From Armatimonadota bacterium (GTDB lineage Bacteria > Armatimonadota > HRBIN16): DNA of 64,000 nt. This document shows positions 31,403 to 43,934 of this stretch, one piece after another; within the stretch, counting starts at the first letter, position 1; each line of letters starts with the position of its first letter. Under the pieces are notes generated by a model, which was not told the origin of the DNA, did no database searches, and worked only from the letters and a program-made list of their open reading frames with translations. The stretch lies in the NCBI GenBank assembly GCA_942492855.1, contig OW818647.1, forward strand, positions 878,528 through 942,527, written 5' to 3'. A program made the position numbers and the translations under genes.

Positions 31403-33283
31403 CTACCGCTTGAGTTGCTTCTCGCTCCTGGACGGTACCGATGAAAACTCCACGGCCGGCGCACTAGCCAAGTCAGCCAGTAAAGCGCGCGCTTCGTGAA
31501 CATTGTGGCCCATCGCCAAATGTAGCAGTTCGTCAATCTTGGCACTCGTCAGTTCCACATCCAGGCCATTCCCTACCACCATCCGTATACTCGGGTGCTC
31601 CGTGCCGCACATAGTCTCAGCGTCATACCAGAGCTCTTCGTGCAGCTTCTCGCCCTCTCGGATGCCAACGTAGGTAATCTGGATATCCTGACCAGGCACA
31701 AACCCACTCAGCCGGATCAGTTCCTCGGCAAGGAATGAGATTTTTACAGGCTCGCCCATATCCAGCACGTATATCTCACCATTCGATCCAAACACACCGG
31801 CCTGCAATACCAATCGGCATGCTTCGGGTATCGTCATGAAATAGCGGGTCATGTCAGGATGTGTGACTGTCACAGGCCCACCCGCGGCGATCTGTCGCTT
31901 CATCATGGGCACCACAGAACCTCTGGAACCCAGCACATTGCCGAATCGGACAATCGCGAAACGCGTGTTTTTGCTGCGGTGAGCCGCGCATTGAATCAGC
32001 AGTTCAGAAACTCGTTTGGTAGCACCCATCACGCTGGAGGGATTAACGGCCTTATCCGTAGAAATACAGACACAACGTCTGACATCATACTTCATGCACA
32101 TGTTGATCACATTACGTGTGCCCATCACGTTGTTCAATATGGCTTCCATTGAGTTGTTTTCCATTAACGGCACATGCTTATGGGCCGCGGCGTGGAACAC
32201 CACCGTAGGATGGCACTGTTCGAATACAAATTCCAGCCTATCCAGTTGCTTAATGCTGGCAATATAACATGTGGTGTTGAGGTCACGGAAGTTATTTCGC
32301 AGCTCCTGCTGCATTTCGAATATGCTGTTTTCCCCATGTCCAAGAAGGATCAGCTCAGCAGGACCCATGGCTGCGATCTGCCGGCAGAGCTCACCGCCAA
32401 TTGATCCGCCTCCGCCGGTAATCAATACCCGCTGCCCCTTGACATAGGCGTTGATGCTCGCCTGGTCTATTTGGACAGGGGCGCGGCGCAGTAGGTCTTC
32501 GATTTGGACTTCACGCAGGAATGGGCGGATACCCATCTGTTGGAGCATCTGCGGCAGTCCCGGGAGGATCCGTATGGCCGCCTTGGTCTGGTTGCAAATG
32601 TTGAGGATGCGGCGGATGTCGTCGCCACTGGCCGAGGGGATAGCTAACAGAACATCATCAACTTTTTTGTCAGCCACGATACTGGGGATGGCATGGCAAT
32701 CACCAATGACTGGAGCACCATGGATATTCGTTCCATGTTTTTCTGGGTCATCGTCCACATACCCTACGACATCATATCCTGGCACTCGCCGGAAATCACG
32801 TCCCATCATCTCGCCGGCATCACCGGCACCTACGATGAGTATTCGGCGTTTATCAGGTTCCTTTTCGGGGTCGTTCAATCGGTAGGAGGTTGGGTGCAAG
32901 TTGAAGTCCCATACCCTTAAAGCAGCTCTGACACCATACACACCGAGAAGCGTGATCAGGCTTTGGATAACAGCCACACTGTAGGGATATCCGTTGCACA
33001 ACCCTGTCATGCGGAAGAAGCCTGTTAACATCAGCGCTGTTAAGCAGGCCATGCCCAGGTAGAAGGCATCACGCAACCCAGAATAGCGCCACTGAATGCG
33101 GTAAATGCGAAACAGCAAAAATGACAGGAAATAGGCGATGGGAGTAAAAACTAGTGCTCTCTGGCCATTCGATATCTGGCTGATATCACCATCAAACCTC
33201 ACCGTATATGCGATCAACAACGCAATGACAACTACTGCCAAGTCCGCGACGACCAAACCTATAGTTCTGCGCGTTATCTTCAT
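31403..33283 (-). CDS. polysaccharide biosynthesis protein, CapD/WbpM/PglF-like membrane-anchored NDP-sugar 4,6-dehydratase
   Basis: N-terminal transmembrane helices followed by two Rossmann-type nucleotide-binding regions (ILIVGAGDAGEM and VLITGGGGSIGGEL). Start at internal ATG 33281-33283 with AGGTGAGG RBS. Confidence 0.75.
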   Translation of the reverse strand: MKITRRTIGLVVADLAVVVIALLIAYTVRFDGDISQISNGQRALVFTPIAYFLSFLLFRIYRIQWRYSGLRDAFYLGMACLTALMLTGFFRMTGLCNGYPYSVAVIQSLITLLGVYGVRAALRVWDFNLHPTSYRLNDPEKEPDKRRILIVGAGDAGEMMGRDFRRVPGYDVVGYVDDDPEKHGTNIHGAPVIGDCHAIPSIVADKKVDDVLLAIPSASGDDIRRILNICNQTKAAIRILPGLPQMLQQMGIRPFLREVQIEDLLRRAPVQIDQASINAYVKGQRVLITGGGGSIGGELCRQIAAMGPAELILLGHGENSIFEMQQELRNNFRDLNTTCYIASIKQLDRLEFVFEQCHPTVVFHAAAHKHVPLMENNSMEAILNNVMGTRNVINMCMKYDVRRCVCISTDKAVNPSSVMGATKRVSELLIQCAAHRSKNTRFAIVRFGNVLGSRGSVVPMMKRQIAAGGPVTVTHPDMTRYFMTIPEACRLVLQAGVFGSNGEIYVLDMGEPVKISFLAEELIRLSGFVPGQDIQITYVGIREGEKLHEELWYDAETMCGTEHPSIRMVVGNGLDVELTSAKIDELLHLAMGHNVHEARALLADLASAPAVEFSSVPSRSEKQLKR

Positions 33284-33662
33284 GCTCGAATACCTCACCT
33301 GCGATATTGTCTTACTTTTAAACCGAAACTTAATACTACACATGCATTGTACCTGACCAGAATACCGGAACCGTACATTTGACTCTTGAATATGCACCCA
33401 GGTTCCTTAATATTTCCGTAATATCCGGATATCGACGACCGAGGTCCGTGCCACTATTTTGGATGTTTATATTTGCTATCATTACCATATACAGTGTAAC
33501 CCATCAAGCAGGATTGAGCAGTGTGTGTATCACAACGTATTCTGCCATCTACAGGCCAAACAAGCCGCCACCATTCAGAGCTCATAGCGCAAGCACCCCG
33601 AAACCGGGTAAACTCTATACACTTACATACCGCTGCTTACTGTACAATATGGAGGTTTCGCT

Positions 33663-33992
33663 ATGAAACTCGTGATTACCATTGTCCACGACCGGGATAA
33701 AAACCGCATCACAGAAAAACTGCTGCGCAACGGTTACAAGTTCACCAAAGTGGCCTCTACGGGCGGATTCCTTCGCGAGGGCAATGTCACACTGTTTATC
33801 GGTGTCGAAGACGATGACCTTGATAGACTCATGGAGCTGGTGGACGAAAGCTGCAAGACCCGGGAGCAGTTCGTCAATGTGCTACCGCCAGATGCATCGC
33901 CGGTAGGTGCATTCATGCCCAACCCTGTCAAAGTGCAGGTTGGTGGTGCTGTGGTTTTCGTCATGGATGTCAGCCGGTTCGAACGCTATTAA
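33663..33992 (+). CDS. darA: PII-like cyclic-di-AMP receptor DarA (YaaQ/DUF970 family)
   Basis: 109-aa protein MKLVITIVHDRDKNRITEKLLRNGYKFTKVASTGGFLREGN...VQVGGAVVFVMDV resembles B. subtilis DarA. GGAGG RBS. Conserved darA-holB arrangement. Confidence 0.8.
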   Translation: MKLVITIVHDRDKNRITEKLLRNGYKFTKVASTGGFLREGNVTLFIGVEDDDLDRLMELVDESCKTREQFVNVLPPDASPVGAFMPNPVKVQVGGAVVFVMDVSRFERY

Positions 33993-34013
33993 CTCTCAAG
34001 GGTACCATCGATT

Positions 34014-35102
34014 TTGATTATACAACCTGACCAACTGATCGGACACGAGCGCGCGATACAACAACTTCAGAGCGCTATGGCCGCCGATCAGTGTTCGCAG
34101 TCGCTATTGATCACCGGGCCGCCCCAGGTAGGAAAACAGAGCCTTGCACTGTGGCTTGCAGCGTCGTTGATGTGCCTGGAGCCGGTCAGCACAGGTGCCT
34201 GCGGTAAATGCGCTAGCTGCTTGCGGATAGCAAACGGCCAACACCCCGAGCTTCACGTCATCGAACCGCACACCGAACAGACCCTCATCTGGCAGTTATG
34301 GGAAGGCCATACCATCCCGCGCGGGGTCGACGCCGCATCTGTGGGGATCATAGAGAGGGCGATCAGTTACTCACCCACCTTCGGAAGACGCACCGTGTTT
34401 ATCATCCCCAAGGCCGAAACCCTCACCGATTCGGCCGCAAACAGCCTGTTGAAAACCCTGGAAGAACCACCGGCCCACGCGGTTTTGATTCTACTGGCGA
34501 CTTCCGCAGAGGATGTTCTGCAGACCATCCGCAGCCGGTGTGCGCTGGTTCCGCTGAGCCGAGTGCCCGTGCCGGACGTGGTGAAGTGGCTGGTAGATGT
34601 TCACAACATATCACCAGATATAGCCGTCCGGTGCGCCGAGATCAGCCAGGGATGCCCTGGACGTGCATTAAGTATTAGCACCGACCAGGAGGCGATGAGC
34701 CTATGGAATCAAGCCGCAGAGCTGGCACGTGATATCTGCATGAAGAGCAGTGTCACTCCTGCTTTAGCGCTGGCCGATCGCCTGCGCCAGATGTCTATGG
34801 TGCAGATTGGCAAGAAGGCACCCACAGTCAACCGAGCGGCCCTGCTCAGTGCGCTGGATAGCGTGATGGTCTGGCTGCGTGATGCGATGGTCTGTTCGGC
34901 GACCAACGGCGAAGGCCGCGTGGTATTTCATGGCGATGAGCATCACCTCACACAAGCCGCGAACAAACTGGGAGCGTCGAAGCTGGCCGACATGCTGGAG
35001 ATCGGCCTGGAGCTCAGGCGAGCCATCGATGGCAATGCGAATATCAAGCTCGTCACGGACTTGTTGATGATGCGTCTGCTGGAGTGTACGCGACAGTCAT
35101 GA
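34014..35102 (+). CDS. holB: DNA polymerase III delta-prime subunit
   Basis: Walker-A-like LITGPPQVGKQSLALWLAASLMC and zinc-module cysteines (CGKCASC). TTG start. Confidence 0.8.
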   Translation: MIIQPDQLIGHERAIQQLQSAMAADQCSQSLLITGPPQVGKQSLALWLAASLMCLEPVSTGACGKCASCLRIANGQHPELHVIEPHTEQTLIWQLWEGHTIPRGVDAASVGIIERAISYSPTFGRRTVFIIPKAETLTDSAANSLLKTLEEPPAHAVLILLATSAEDVLQTIRSRCALVPLSRVPVPDVVKWLVDVHNISPDIAVRCAEISQGCPGRALSISTDQEAMSLWNQAAELARDICMKSSVTPALALADRLRQMSMVQIGKKAPTVNRAALLSALDSVMVWLRDAMVCSATNGEGRVVFHGDEHHLTQAANKLGASKLADMLEIGLELRRAIDGNANIKLVTDLLMMRLLECTRQS

Positions 35103-35674
35103 ACCTGGACGCTCAAATCCTTAAATGGTGCAACACCGTGGCCGTCAGCCCCTGGGCCGACAAGACTATGCAGTTTTTGACAGACCAGGGTAACACATGG
35201 CCGCTTATTTTGTTAGCCTTGATCTGGCTGATATGGAAGGGCGGAAAAACCGGACGGCGCGTGGCGATTATGCTGCCGTTATGCGTGATTATCACCGACC
35301 AGATCAGCGCCCAGTTTCTCAAAGACCTCATTGGACGACCGCGCCCCTGCTGCCAGCAGGATTTATACCCTTGGATACGGTTGATCGATGGCTGCAGGGA
35401 ATCTCACGGGATGCCAAGTTCGCACGCCACCAACATGTTTGGCGTGGCCACCCTGTTCACCATATACTACCGTAGATGGTGGCCGATGTTCTTTTTCATC
35501 GCCGCTATTGTCAGCTACACCCGCATATACCTCGGGCTACACTTCCCTTCGGATGTTCTTGCCGGGGCGGTTCTAGGCAGTCTGCTGGTTTTGGGCTTTG
35601 ACGCCATATGGCGAGCAATAGCCGCCAGGCGCCAGTCACGTAGTAAAGAGAGCCCATCTGCGGATGATGCATGA
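35084..35674 (+). CDS. PAP2-family phosphatase (undecaprenyl-diphosphatase / phosphatidic acid phosphatase type 2)
   Basis: All three PAP2 signature motifs present: KDLIGRPRP, PSSHA, and SYTRIYLGLHFPSD. Confidence 0.85.
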   Translation: MYATVMNLDAQILKWCNTVAVSPWADKTMQFLTDQGNTWPLILLALIWLIWKGGKTGRRVAIMLPLCVIITDQISAQFLKDLIGRPRPCCQQDLYPWIRLIDGCRESHGMPSSHATNMFGVATLFTIYYRRWWPMFFFIAAIVSYTRIYLGLHFPSDVLAGAVLGSLLVLGFDAIWRAIAARRQSRSKESPSADDA

Positions 35675-35685
35675 TCACAGATCGC

Positions 35686-36711
35686 CTATGCCGAAACCGG
35701 CAACTCCCGCACTTCATTAAGCCAGAAATCTACCGTCTCAGGGTCAGTACCGTCACACACGGGGCTGCCGGTGCCCATCACGAACGAGCCCAGCCCCGCA
35801 CTCTGCACCTGCCGATGCACTTCGTTCCGTATCGCCTCTCGATCACCCCTGAGCAGCAGATACGAGTCAAAATTCCCAAACAGGCAGATATCAGGCCCAA
35901 CTCCTGCTCGGATGTCGGCGATGTCCATCTCAAGGCCTTTGATGCGTTCCTCAAACGAGAGGGCATCAAAGCCAGTCGCTGCGATGACAGGCAGTAATGG
36001 CATCACATTGCCGGTGTTGTACATCACCGACTTCAAACCAACCCTATGAAGCTCATCGGACACCAGTTTATGCAGCGGGGACACCCAGTTCTTGTAGGTG
36101 TCGGGCGACATCACATCGGCTGAGGCCCAACTGTCCACCATCATCGCGCCGTCATACCCGTCACACGCCAGTCCCTCGCAGTGTGCCGGCAGATGGCTCA
36201 GCATCACTTCGATCATGTAAGCACACAACTCGGGGGTATCGTGCAGCATGAGCAGTGTGGGCTCGAACCCGAGGCCATAGGCCAGCTCCGCGAAGGGAGC
36301 CGGTGTGCATCCGCACAGGAATCGGTCAGGATACCGCTCGCGAAGCGTGCGCTGGGGCACGTGGGCGGAGACGTCACCAAACACATCGGGACGTACCTGC
36401 CTTAGCCACGCATCGGCTTCCGTCTTGTTGGCGGGCGGACGGGCATTGGCGGCCTCGTGGTCGACACGCGCTTTCCCGATCTCACGACTGGGTATCAGCC
36501 AGTGCCCCTCTTTATGGAACACGATCTGTTCACCGACGTGGTCATCAACGAAATGGACATACTCAGCATCTTCGCTGACATAGCTTATCCCACGAAGTGC
36601 CCCTGAGCTGGTGTGCAGCGGAATGACCCAGTCGCACTGATGCCGCTGATCAAGCGCCTGCAGCACCTCACCGCCCATGTCGCCCTCACCGTGCATCACC
36701 TCCCAGATCAA
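35686..36711 (-). CDS. uroporphyrinogen decarboxylase (URO-D) family protein, possibly a corrinoid-dependent methyltransferase
   Basis: 341 aa with URO-D-like C-terminal features. No heme biosynthesis neighbours. Family call is tentative. Confidence 0.5.
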   Translation of the reverse strand: MIWEVMHGEGDMGGEVLQALDQRHQCDWVIPLHTSSGALRGISYVSEDAEYVHFVDDHVGEQIVFHKEGHWLIPSREIGKARVDHEAANARPPANKTEADAWLRQVRPDVFGDVSAHVPQRTLRERYPDRFLCGCTPAPFAELAYGLGFEPTLLMLHDTPELCAYMIEVMLSHLPAHCEGLACDGYDGAMMVDSWASADVMSPDTYKNWVSPLHKLVSDELHRVGLKSVMYNTGNVMPLLPVIAATGFDALSFEERIKGLEMDIADIRAGVGPDICLFGNFDSYLLLRGDREAIRNEVHRQVQSAGLGSFVMGTGSPVCDGTDPETVDFWLNEVRELPVSA

Positions 36712-36818
36712 CTTATCTGTCAGCTTCCATACATACTCCGCACCCTAAAAATACGGGGCAGTGGGTATGCGGTCGACAGGCCGGCCCTCAAGCGCGGCCA
36801 TCATTCTCTCTCGTGATG

Positions 36819-37562
36819 TCATCGTGTGGTTTCCCCTTCATCTATATGCCGTCGGTAGCGCAAAAACAGCTCGCTCTCGTGCTGGTAGACCGACACCAGC
36901 TCCATCCTCTTCGCGGTTTCCCCGTTGAAACCCTCACCCTCCACCGGTGTGCGGATGTTCTCACCGCCCTTGACCCAGGGAGCCAGTGTTAAAAACATCT
37001 CGTCGATCATCTCGGCACGGAACATCTCGAAGTTGAGTCCCCCGCCACCCTCACACAACAGCATCTTCACTCCACGATGAGCGGTCATTATCTGCACAGC
37101 CTGCCCTATATCCACCCGATCGTCACCCACCAGATGCAACCCAGCAACGCTGCGTATAGCCTGCTGTTGAGGCAATGGAAGCTTTTTTGGTGCGAATACC
37201 AGAGCGGGCTGCTGAGCATTCGCAAAGAAGCTGGAGTGCAGCGGCAGATCACCGCTGCCAGTGACCACTGCGCGGGTCAGTGAGGGCGGGTAGGCGATCT
37301 TCCCGGCGCGCAGTGTGCTGGCACCGATAATCACCCCATCGGCCTGCTGCTGCAGGCGGTGCATCAGCATCTGATCCACCGTGCTCCCCAGCCCCTTGCT
37401 GCTGTCACCCAGCCCACCCAGTGTGATCTTGCCATCCAGGCTCATCACCATATTCAGGGCGATGTACGGGCGGTTGGGTGGCGCAGTGGAGGGCTGGATG
37501 TTGGAATACAGGCTGTGGATGTCGCGGGCGTCACCCGATTTGTCAAACAAGCATTGCATCAA
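36819..37562 (-). CDS. RibD C-terminal domain / dihydrofolate-reductase-like reductase family protein
   Basis: IALNMVMSLDGKITLGG...MLLCEGGGGLNFEMF matches RibD_C / DHFR-like fold signatures. Confidence 0.65.
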   Translation of the reverse strand: MMQCLFDKSGDARDIHSLYSNIQPSTAPPNRPYIALNMVMSLDGKITLGGLGDSSKGLGSTVDQMLMHRLQQQADGVIIGASTLRAGKIAYPPSLTRAVVTGSGDLPLHSSFFANAQQPALVFAPKKLPLPQQQAIRSVAGLHLVGDDRVDIGQAVQIMTAHRGVKMLLCEGGGGLNFEMFRAEMIDEMFLTLAPWVKGGENIRTPVEGEGFNGETAKRMELVSVYQHESELFLRYRRHIDEGETTR

Positions 37563-37597
37563 ACCCCTCCTGCCAAAAGCGTATCATGGGTAACCAC

Positions 37598-38000
37598 CGG
37601 GGGTTGCCCCTGGGCACGCCAATCTCCCGATTGGCATTACCTCTCCATCCGAACCCATCTGTGTCATCCGTGTAATCCGTGGTTCAGACAATCCGGGCAT
37701 CGGACGAATGAGACGGATTGGACCGATCCCAATGGGCAACCACGGGCAATGGTGGCGCATGCAAGAAGGGCGGTTCGCGAACCGCCCCTACAACGGATCA
37801 TGGGCGACCATAGGGGTTGCCCCCTGGGCACGCCAATCGCCCGATTGGCGTGCCCTCCCCATCCGAACCCATCCGTGTAATCCGTGGTTCAGACAATCCG
37901 GGCATCGGACGGATTCGACGGATCGGACCGATCCCAATGGGCAACCACGGGAGACCGTGTCGCATGCAAGAAGGGCGGTTCGCGAACCGCCCCTACGGAA
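37598..38000. repeat. two tandem ~215-bp units of GC-rich palindromic repeat family B
   Basis: Unit 1 ~37598-37812, unit 2 ~37813-38000. Each carries gggttgcccctgggcacgccaatc(t/g)cccgattggc, ccatccgaacccatc(c/t)gtgtaatccgtggttcagacaatccgggcatcggacg and the perfect 20-bp palindrome gggcggttcgcgaaccgccc. Confidence 0.85.
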
Positions 38001-38017
38001 TGCGTATCACAACGTAA

Positions 38018-38044
38018 AGGCCCCTTGATTTGATCAAGGGGCCT
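38018..38044 (-). terminator. palindromic hairpin directly downstream of atpC (putative operon terminator)
   Basis: aggccccttgat-ttg-atcaaggggcct begins 6 nt after the atpC stop. The U-tract is weak, so it may act bidirectionally. Confidence 0.45.
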
Positions 38045-38049
38045 ATCGA

Positions 38050-38460
38050 TTAATGCGGCAGCTCCTGCCCAGAGGCGTGCATCCGTGCGATCGCCTTGTC
38101 CAGCGACCGGCGGGCCTCTGTGCGGTTGTAGTTCGGGTCATCCAGGTGTTCACGGGCCCGCTGGTATGCTTCCATCGCACGCTGAACGTCGATGTCCTTC
38201 TCGCGCTCAGCACTGTCAGCCAGAATGACCACGTGGTTATCCGCCACCTGAAGGAACCCGCCGCTGATCGCAACAAGCTCATCGCTCAGGTCAGGATAAG
38301 TCACCGTCACCACTCCGGGAGCCAGTTCCGCCATCAACGGTGCGTGACCGTGGAGTATACCAAAGGAACCCATCACCCCAGGTGCGATCACACTGCTTGG
38401 CTCTTCCACCAATACGGTGTGGTCGGGCACCACGATTTCCAGTTTGAAGCTCTTGGCCAT
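38050..38460 (-). CDS. atpC: F1Fo ATP synthase epsilon subunit
   Basis: 136-aa protein MAKSFKLEIVVPDHTVLVE..., last gene of the atp operon. Confidence 0.85.
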   Translation of the reverse strand: MAKSFKLEIVVPDHTVLVEEPSSVIAPGVMGSFGILHGHAPLMAELAPGVVTVTYPDLSDELVAISGGFLQVADNHVVILADSAEREKDIDVQRAMEAYQRAREHLDDPNYNRTEARRSLDKAIARMHASGQELPH

Positions 38461-38470
38461 CAGTTACCCC

Positions 38471-39916
<1,446 letters not shown>

Positions 39917-39919
39917 CTA

Positions 39920-40783
39920 CTATTCGTTCAGAGCCTCGGCCCCGCTCACCACTTCCGTTATTTCGGTTGTGATGGCAGACTGCCGTATGCGGTTGAGCTG
40001 CAGTGAAAGCGTCGAGATCATCTTTCCTGCGTTTTCGGTAGCACTGCTCATGGCTGTCATGCGCGCGCCATGCTCACTGGCGTTGCACTCTAGCAGGGTC
40101 TGGAACACGCTGTTGAGTAGATATCTGGGAAGCAGGTTGCCCAGCAGCCTATCGCGCTCAGGCTCCATAATGAAGTCCAGATGTTCTACCTGACCGATTT
40201 CGCTCTTCGGCTGTTCTACCGGCAGCAGCCTGACGACTGTGGGTATCTGAACCAACGCGCTTCGGAAGCGGTTATAGACCACATAGAACTCATCGACCTG
40301 ACCGCTCAGGAACATCTCTACAGCCTGATCAGCTATCATTTTGGCCATGCTGACATCTGGTCCGCTATTGGGGATGCTATACTCCTGGGCAGGGCGCAAA
40401 CCACGCTTGGTGAAGTATTTACTGGTACGCAGACCGATAGAAATCAACTTCACGCTGCCTGCTGGTTTGGAGGCTACAAACGCCTGAGCTTTACGCAGCA
40501 CGCTGGCATTGTAGCCGCCGCACATACCGCGGTCACTGGCCATCACCACCACGCCGGTGTTCAGCACATTTTCACGGTCCTGCAGCAGTGGATAGTCACT
40601 CAGACCAGTGCCGGCCAGCAGGGCGATGACGTCACGCATTTTGGTGGCGTAAGGCCTGGCAGCCAGTGCCCGGTCTTGCGCTCGTTTGAACCGGGCCGCA
40701 GCCACCAGCTTCATAGCTCGGGTGATCTGTTGTATATTTTTGGCGATCCGGATTCTCTGCCGAATCTGCTTGGTTGATGCCAT
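39920..40783 (-). CDS. atpG: F1Fo ATP synthase gamma subunit
   Basis: MASTKQIRQRIRIAKNIQQITRAMKLVAAARFKRAQ is a typical gamma N-terminus. Confidence 0.9.
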   Translation of the reverse strand: MASTKQIRQRIRIAKNIQQITRAMKLVAAARFKRAQDRALAARPYATKMRDVIALLAGTGLSDYPLLQDRENVLNTGVVVMASDRGMCGGYNASVLRKAQAFVASKPAGSVKLISIGLRTSKYFTKRGLRPAQEYSIPNSGPDVSMAKMIADQAVEMFLSGQVDEFYVVYNRFRSALVQIPTVVRLLPVEQPKSEIGQVEHLDFIMEPERDRLLGNLLPRYLLNSVFQTLLECNASEHGARMTAMSSATENAGKMISTLSLQLNRIRQSAITTEITEVVSGAEALNE

Positions 40784-40841
40784 TCTGGTTTCCCGTCTTT
40801 TTTGTCAGGCCGAAGCGTAACCACCTCGGCCAGATGGGCTA

Positions 40842-42368
40842 TTATTTACTAGTGGATTGCGCCTTGAACTCCTTCAACGCCTTTTCAAGGGCGGTGCGGG
40901 TGTTGTCGTCAATCTGCTGGTTGCGCTTGATGAACTCAGGAATCTCCGCGTATTTGTCATACACAAAGCTCAGGAAGTTCGCTTCAAAGCTGCGCACATC
41001 ATCAAGCGATAGCTCGTCGATGTGCCCGTTGGTGGCTGCAAAGAAGATCATCGACTGATCCACTACATCCATCGGACGGTACTGCGGCTGCTTCAGAAGC
41101 TCCATCATGCGCTGACCACGGGCCAGTTGCTGCTGTGTGACTTTGTCCAGGTCGCTGGCGAACTGCGCGAAGGCTTGCACTTCGCGATACTGCGCCAGGT
41201 CACCCTTCAAACGTCCGGCTACCTGCTTCATCGCCTTGATCTGCGCCTTACCACCCACGCGGGACACGGAGATACCCACGTTCAACGCCGGCCGGAAGCC
41301 AGCAAAGAACAGGTCGCTCTCCAGGTATATCTGTCCGTCGGTGATGGAAATCACGTTGGTCGGAATATAAGCAGACACGTCGCCAGCCTGAGTCTCGATG
41401 ACTGGCAGAGCGGTCAGGCTTCCACCGCCCAGCGAGTCGTTCAGCTTAGCGGCACGCTCCAGCAGTCGGCTATGAAGGTAGAACACGTCTCCAGGATACG
41501 CCTCGCGCCCCGGGGGACGGCGGAGCAGCAGGGAGACCTGCCGGTAAGCCACAGCGTGTTTGGACAGATCATCGTAAACCACCAGAGCGTGCATCCCGTT
41601 GTCGCGGAAGTACTCACCCATCGCGGCTCCCGCATAGGGGGCGATGTACTGCGTAGCGGCTGGGTCAGAGGCACCCGCGCACACGATAATGGTGTGTTGG
41701 AGGGCTCCGGCATCTTCCAGCGTTTTGGCGATGCGGGCGACCGTGCTTTGGCGCTGCCCAATAGCCACGTAGATGCTGTAGATCGGCTTGTTGGTTTCAT
41801 GGGTGCGTGACTGGTTAATAATGGTGTCAACAGCGATGGCCGTCTTACCGGTCTGTCGGTCGCCGATAATCAGCTCGCGCTGACCAAGACCAATCGGGAT
41901 CATACTGTCGATCGCCTTGATACCAGTCTGCAGCGGCTCCGTGACGGGCTGCCGATCGACCACACCCGGGGCGTTGCTCTCCAACAGGCGGAATTCGTCT
42001 GTGTGGATGGGCCCCTTGCCGTCCAACGGCTGGCCGAGAGGGTCTACTACACGCCCCAGCAACGCCTTACCCACAGGGACCTGCAGGATACGCTCGGTGC
42101 GCTTGACTTCGTCACCCTCTTTGATGCCCACATCATTGCCCAAAATGATGACGCCTACATTGTCTTCTTCCAGGTTGAGTGCCATTCCAAAGGTACCGTT
42201 CTGGAACTGGACGAGTTCGCTGACCATCACGTCACTCAGGCCATACACGCGGGCAATACCATCACCCACCTGTAGTACTCGGCCGACACTTACCTCTTCA
42301 AGGTTGCGTCCGTAGTTGAGCAGTTGCTGCTCAATGATTGATGTAATCTCTTCGGGTCGGATAGCCAA
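40842..42368 (-). CDS. atpA: F1Fo ATP synthase alpha subunit
   Basis: Walker A GDRQTGKT and conserved alpha-subunit sequence. Confidence 0.95.
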   Translation of the reverse strand: MAIRPEEITSIIEQQLLNYGRNLEEVSVGRVLQVGDGIARVYGLSDVMVSELVQFQNGTFGMALNLEEDNVGVIILGNDVGIKEGDEVKRTERILQVPVGKALLGRVVDPLGQPLDGKGPIHTDEFRLLESNAPGVVDRQPVTEPLQTGIKAIDSMIPIGLGQRELIIGDRQTGKTAIAVDTIINQSRTHETNKPIYSIYVAIGQRQSTVARIAKTLEDAGALQHTIIVCAGASDPAATQYIAPYAGAAMGEYFRDNGMHALVVYDDLSKHAVAYRQVSLLLRRPPGREAYPGDVFYLHSRLLERAAKLNDSLGGGSLTALPVIETQAGDVSAYIPTNVISITDGQIYLESDLFFAGFRPALNVGISVSRVGGKAQIKAMKQVAGRLKGDLAQYREVQAFAQFASDLDKVTQQQLARGQRMMELLKQPQYRPMDVVDQSMIFFAATNGHIDELSLDDVRSFEANFLSFVYDKYAEIPEFIKRNQQIDDNTRTALEKALKEFKAQSTSK

Positions 42369-42433
42369 TTGTATCTATACCCTCCTGCCCCGACATGCTG
42401 TGTTGCCTTTGCGGGTGCCAGTTGTTTGTGTTC

Positions 42434-42976
42434 TCAGGTTGCGGTTAACAGCCCGCGCAGATGCGCAAGCCGGCCGCGTATGCTTCCATCAATGACCGTA
42501 TCACCGATATTCACGATGAGGCCGCCCATGAGTGATGGCTCTACTTCAGTTGTGAGCTTTATATTTCGCCCTGTACGTTGTGCCAGGCTGCTCACAAGCT
42601 GCTGCATCTGTTGCTCATCTAGTGGCCGGGCCGATTTCGCGGTGACTCGAATTTCGCCAAGCTCCGCATCGAAGAGTGTTTCAAACTCCTGCAGAACGGC
42701 CTGGATCAGCGTCTCACGCCTTTTGCGGATCAGCAGAATGGTCAGGGCTTTCACGAGCTCAGGCATCTCTGCATGTTCCAGAGCACTGAGCACCGCCCTT
42801 TCCTTGACGTCGATCGGTATCATCGGGTTATGGATGAGTTGCAGAAGCCTGGGATGCAGCGACATCATTTCTGCCATCTGAGTAAGGTATTGGTCTACCT
42901 CAGACAGTAGATTTTGCTGGTGAGCCGCGTTGAACAAGGCCCTTGCGTAGCGTCGGGCGATTCTCTCATCCTGCAT
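42434..42976 (-). CDS. atpH: F1Fo ATP synthase delta (OSCP) subunit
   Basis: 180-aa protein starting MQDERIARRYARALF, positioned between atpF and atpA. Confidence 0.8.
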   Translation of the reverse strand: MQDERIARRYARALFNAAHQQNLLSEVDQYLTQMAEMMSLHPRLLQLIHNPMIPIDVKERAVLSALEHAEMPELVKALTILLIRKRRETLIQAVLQEFETLFDAELGEIRVTAKSARPLDEQQMQQLVSSLAQRTGRNIKLTTEVEPSLMGGLIVNIGDTVIDGSIRGRLAHLRGLLTAT

Positions 42977-42978
42977 GG

Positions 42979-43512
42979 TTAGTTCTTCGCCACCTGCTCA
43001 ATGAAATCGGCGACTAGCAGGCGGTCTGCATCGTTGTCGACCTTCTGGCCTAGCAGCTTCTCGGTGGCTTGGATAGTGATGTCCACTACCTGAGCCTTAA
43101 GCTGAGCCATCATCTGCTCGCGATCGAATTGCAGGGTCTGACGGGTGTCGCTCAGGATTTTCTCCGCTTGCTGTCTGGCCTCTGCCAGGATGGTTTCGCG
43201 CATCGCCTGAGCCTCTTTTACGGCAGCCTGTGTTTGCGCACGGGCCTCCGCTTCAATGTTGGTCAGCCGCTGCTCGTAGTCAGCCTTGAGGCTTTCCATA
43301 CTCTGGCGGGTTTGGTCTACCTTATCGTACGTCTGCTGGATATCCTCTTTACGGGAATCCAGAAACGCAGCTAACGGCAGCCAAAGGTATTTTTTGAGCA
43401 ACATATACAGCAGAACGAAGCCGACCACTGCTACAAGAATTGTCTTTGGTTCAATTCCAAGCAGTTCGAGTACGCCTCCGCCCCCTGCGCCGCCGGATGC
43501 TAATAGTAACAA
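42979..43512 (-). CDS. atpF: F1Fo ATP synthase b subunit
   Basis: Single N-terminal transmembrane helix followed by a long charged coiled-coil region. Confidence 0.8.
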   Translation of the reverse strand: MLLLASGGAGGGGVLELLGIEPKTILVAVVGFVLLYMLLKKYLWLPLAAFLDSRKEDIQQTYDKVDQTRQSMESLKADYEQRLTNIEAEARAQTQAAVKEAQAMRETILAEARQQAEKILSDTRQTLQFDREQMMAQLKAQVVDITIQATEKLLGQKVDNDADRLLVADFIEQVAKN

Positions 43513-43610
43513 GTTGCTCCTCCTATTCGCACTGGGGGTTTAGGTATGATAGGTAGCCGTATAGCTGCATCATCCTGCCGCCCCTCTGTGTTTGGGTTTT
43601 CGTTTGGAGC

Positions 43611-43886
43611 CTACTTGACCTGTGATTTCAGGATATCTACCATGGCTTGGGTGTCAGGAAGCTTGCCCAGCAGCATGAAGAACATCAGCAGAGCGTAAAG
43701 CACGAGTGCTTCAATTAGGGCAAGGGCGATAATCATACCGGTCTGAATCTTACCAGCAGCTTCCGGCTGACGGCCCATGGCCTCTAAAGCACCTGCAGCC
43801 GCTTTTCCCTGACCAAGACCTGCTCCGATAACAGCGATAGGCAGGCCTAAGCCTACGGCGAGAGCTAAACCGAAAAAGTAAAGCAC
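43611..43886 (-). CDS. atpE: F1Fo ATP synthase c subunit
   Basis: Two-helix hairpin with the conserved loop GRQPEA and the ion-binding Glu in helix 2 (IALALIEALVLYAL). Carries a ~17-aa hydrophilic C-terminal tail. Confidence 0.8.
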   Translation of the reverse strand: MLYFFGLALAVGLGLPIAVIGAGLGQGKAAAGALEAMGRQPEAAGKIQTGMIIALALIEALVLYALLMFFMLLGKLPDTQAMVDILKSQVK

Positions 43887-43934
43887 AGAGGTGTCCTCCT
43901 AGTAGTCGTGTATCTGTTTATTTTCTGTTAACCG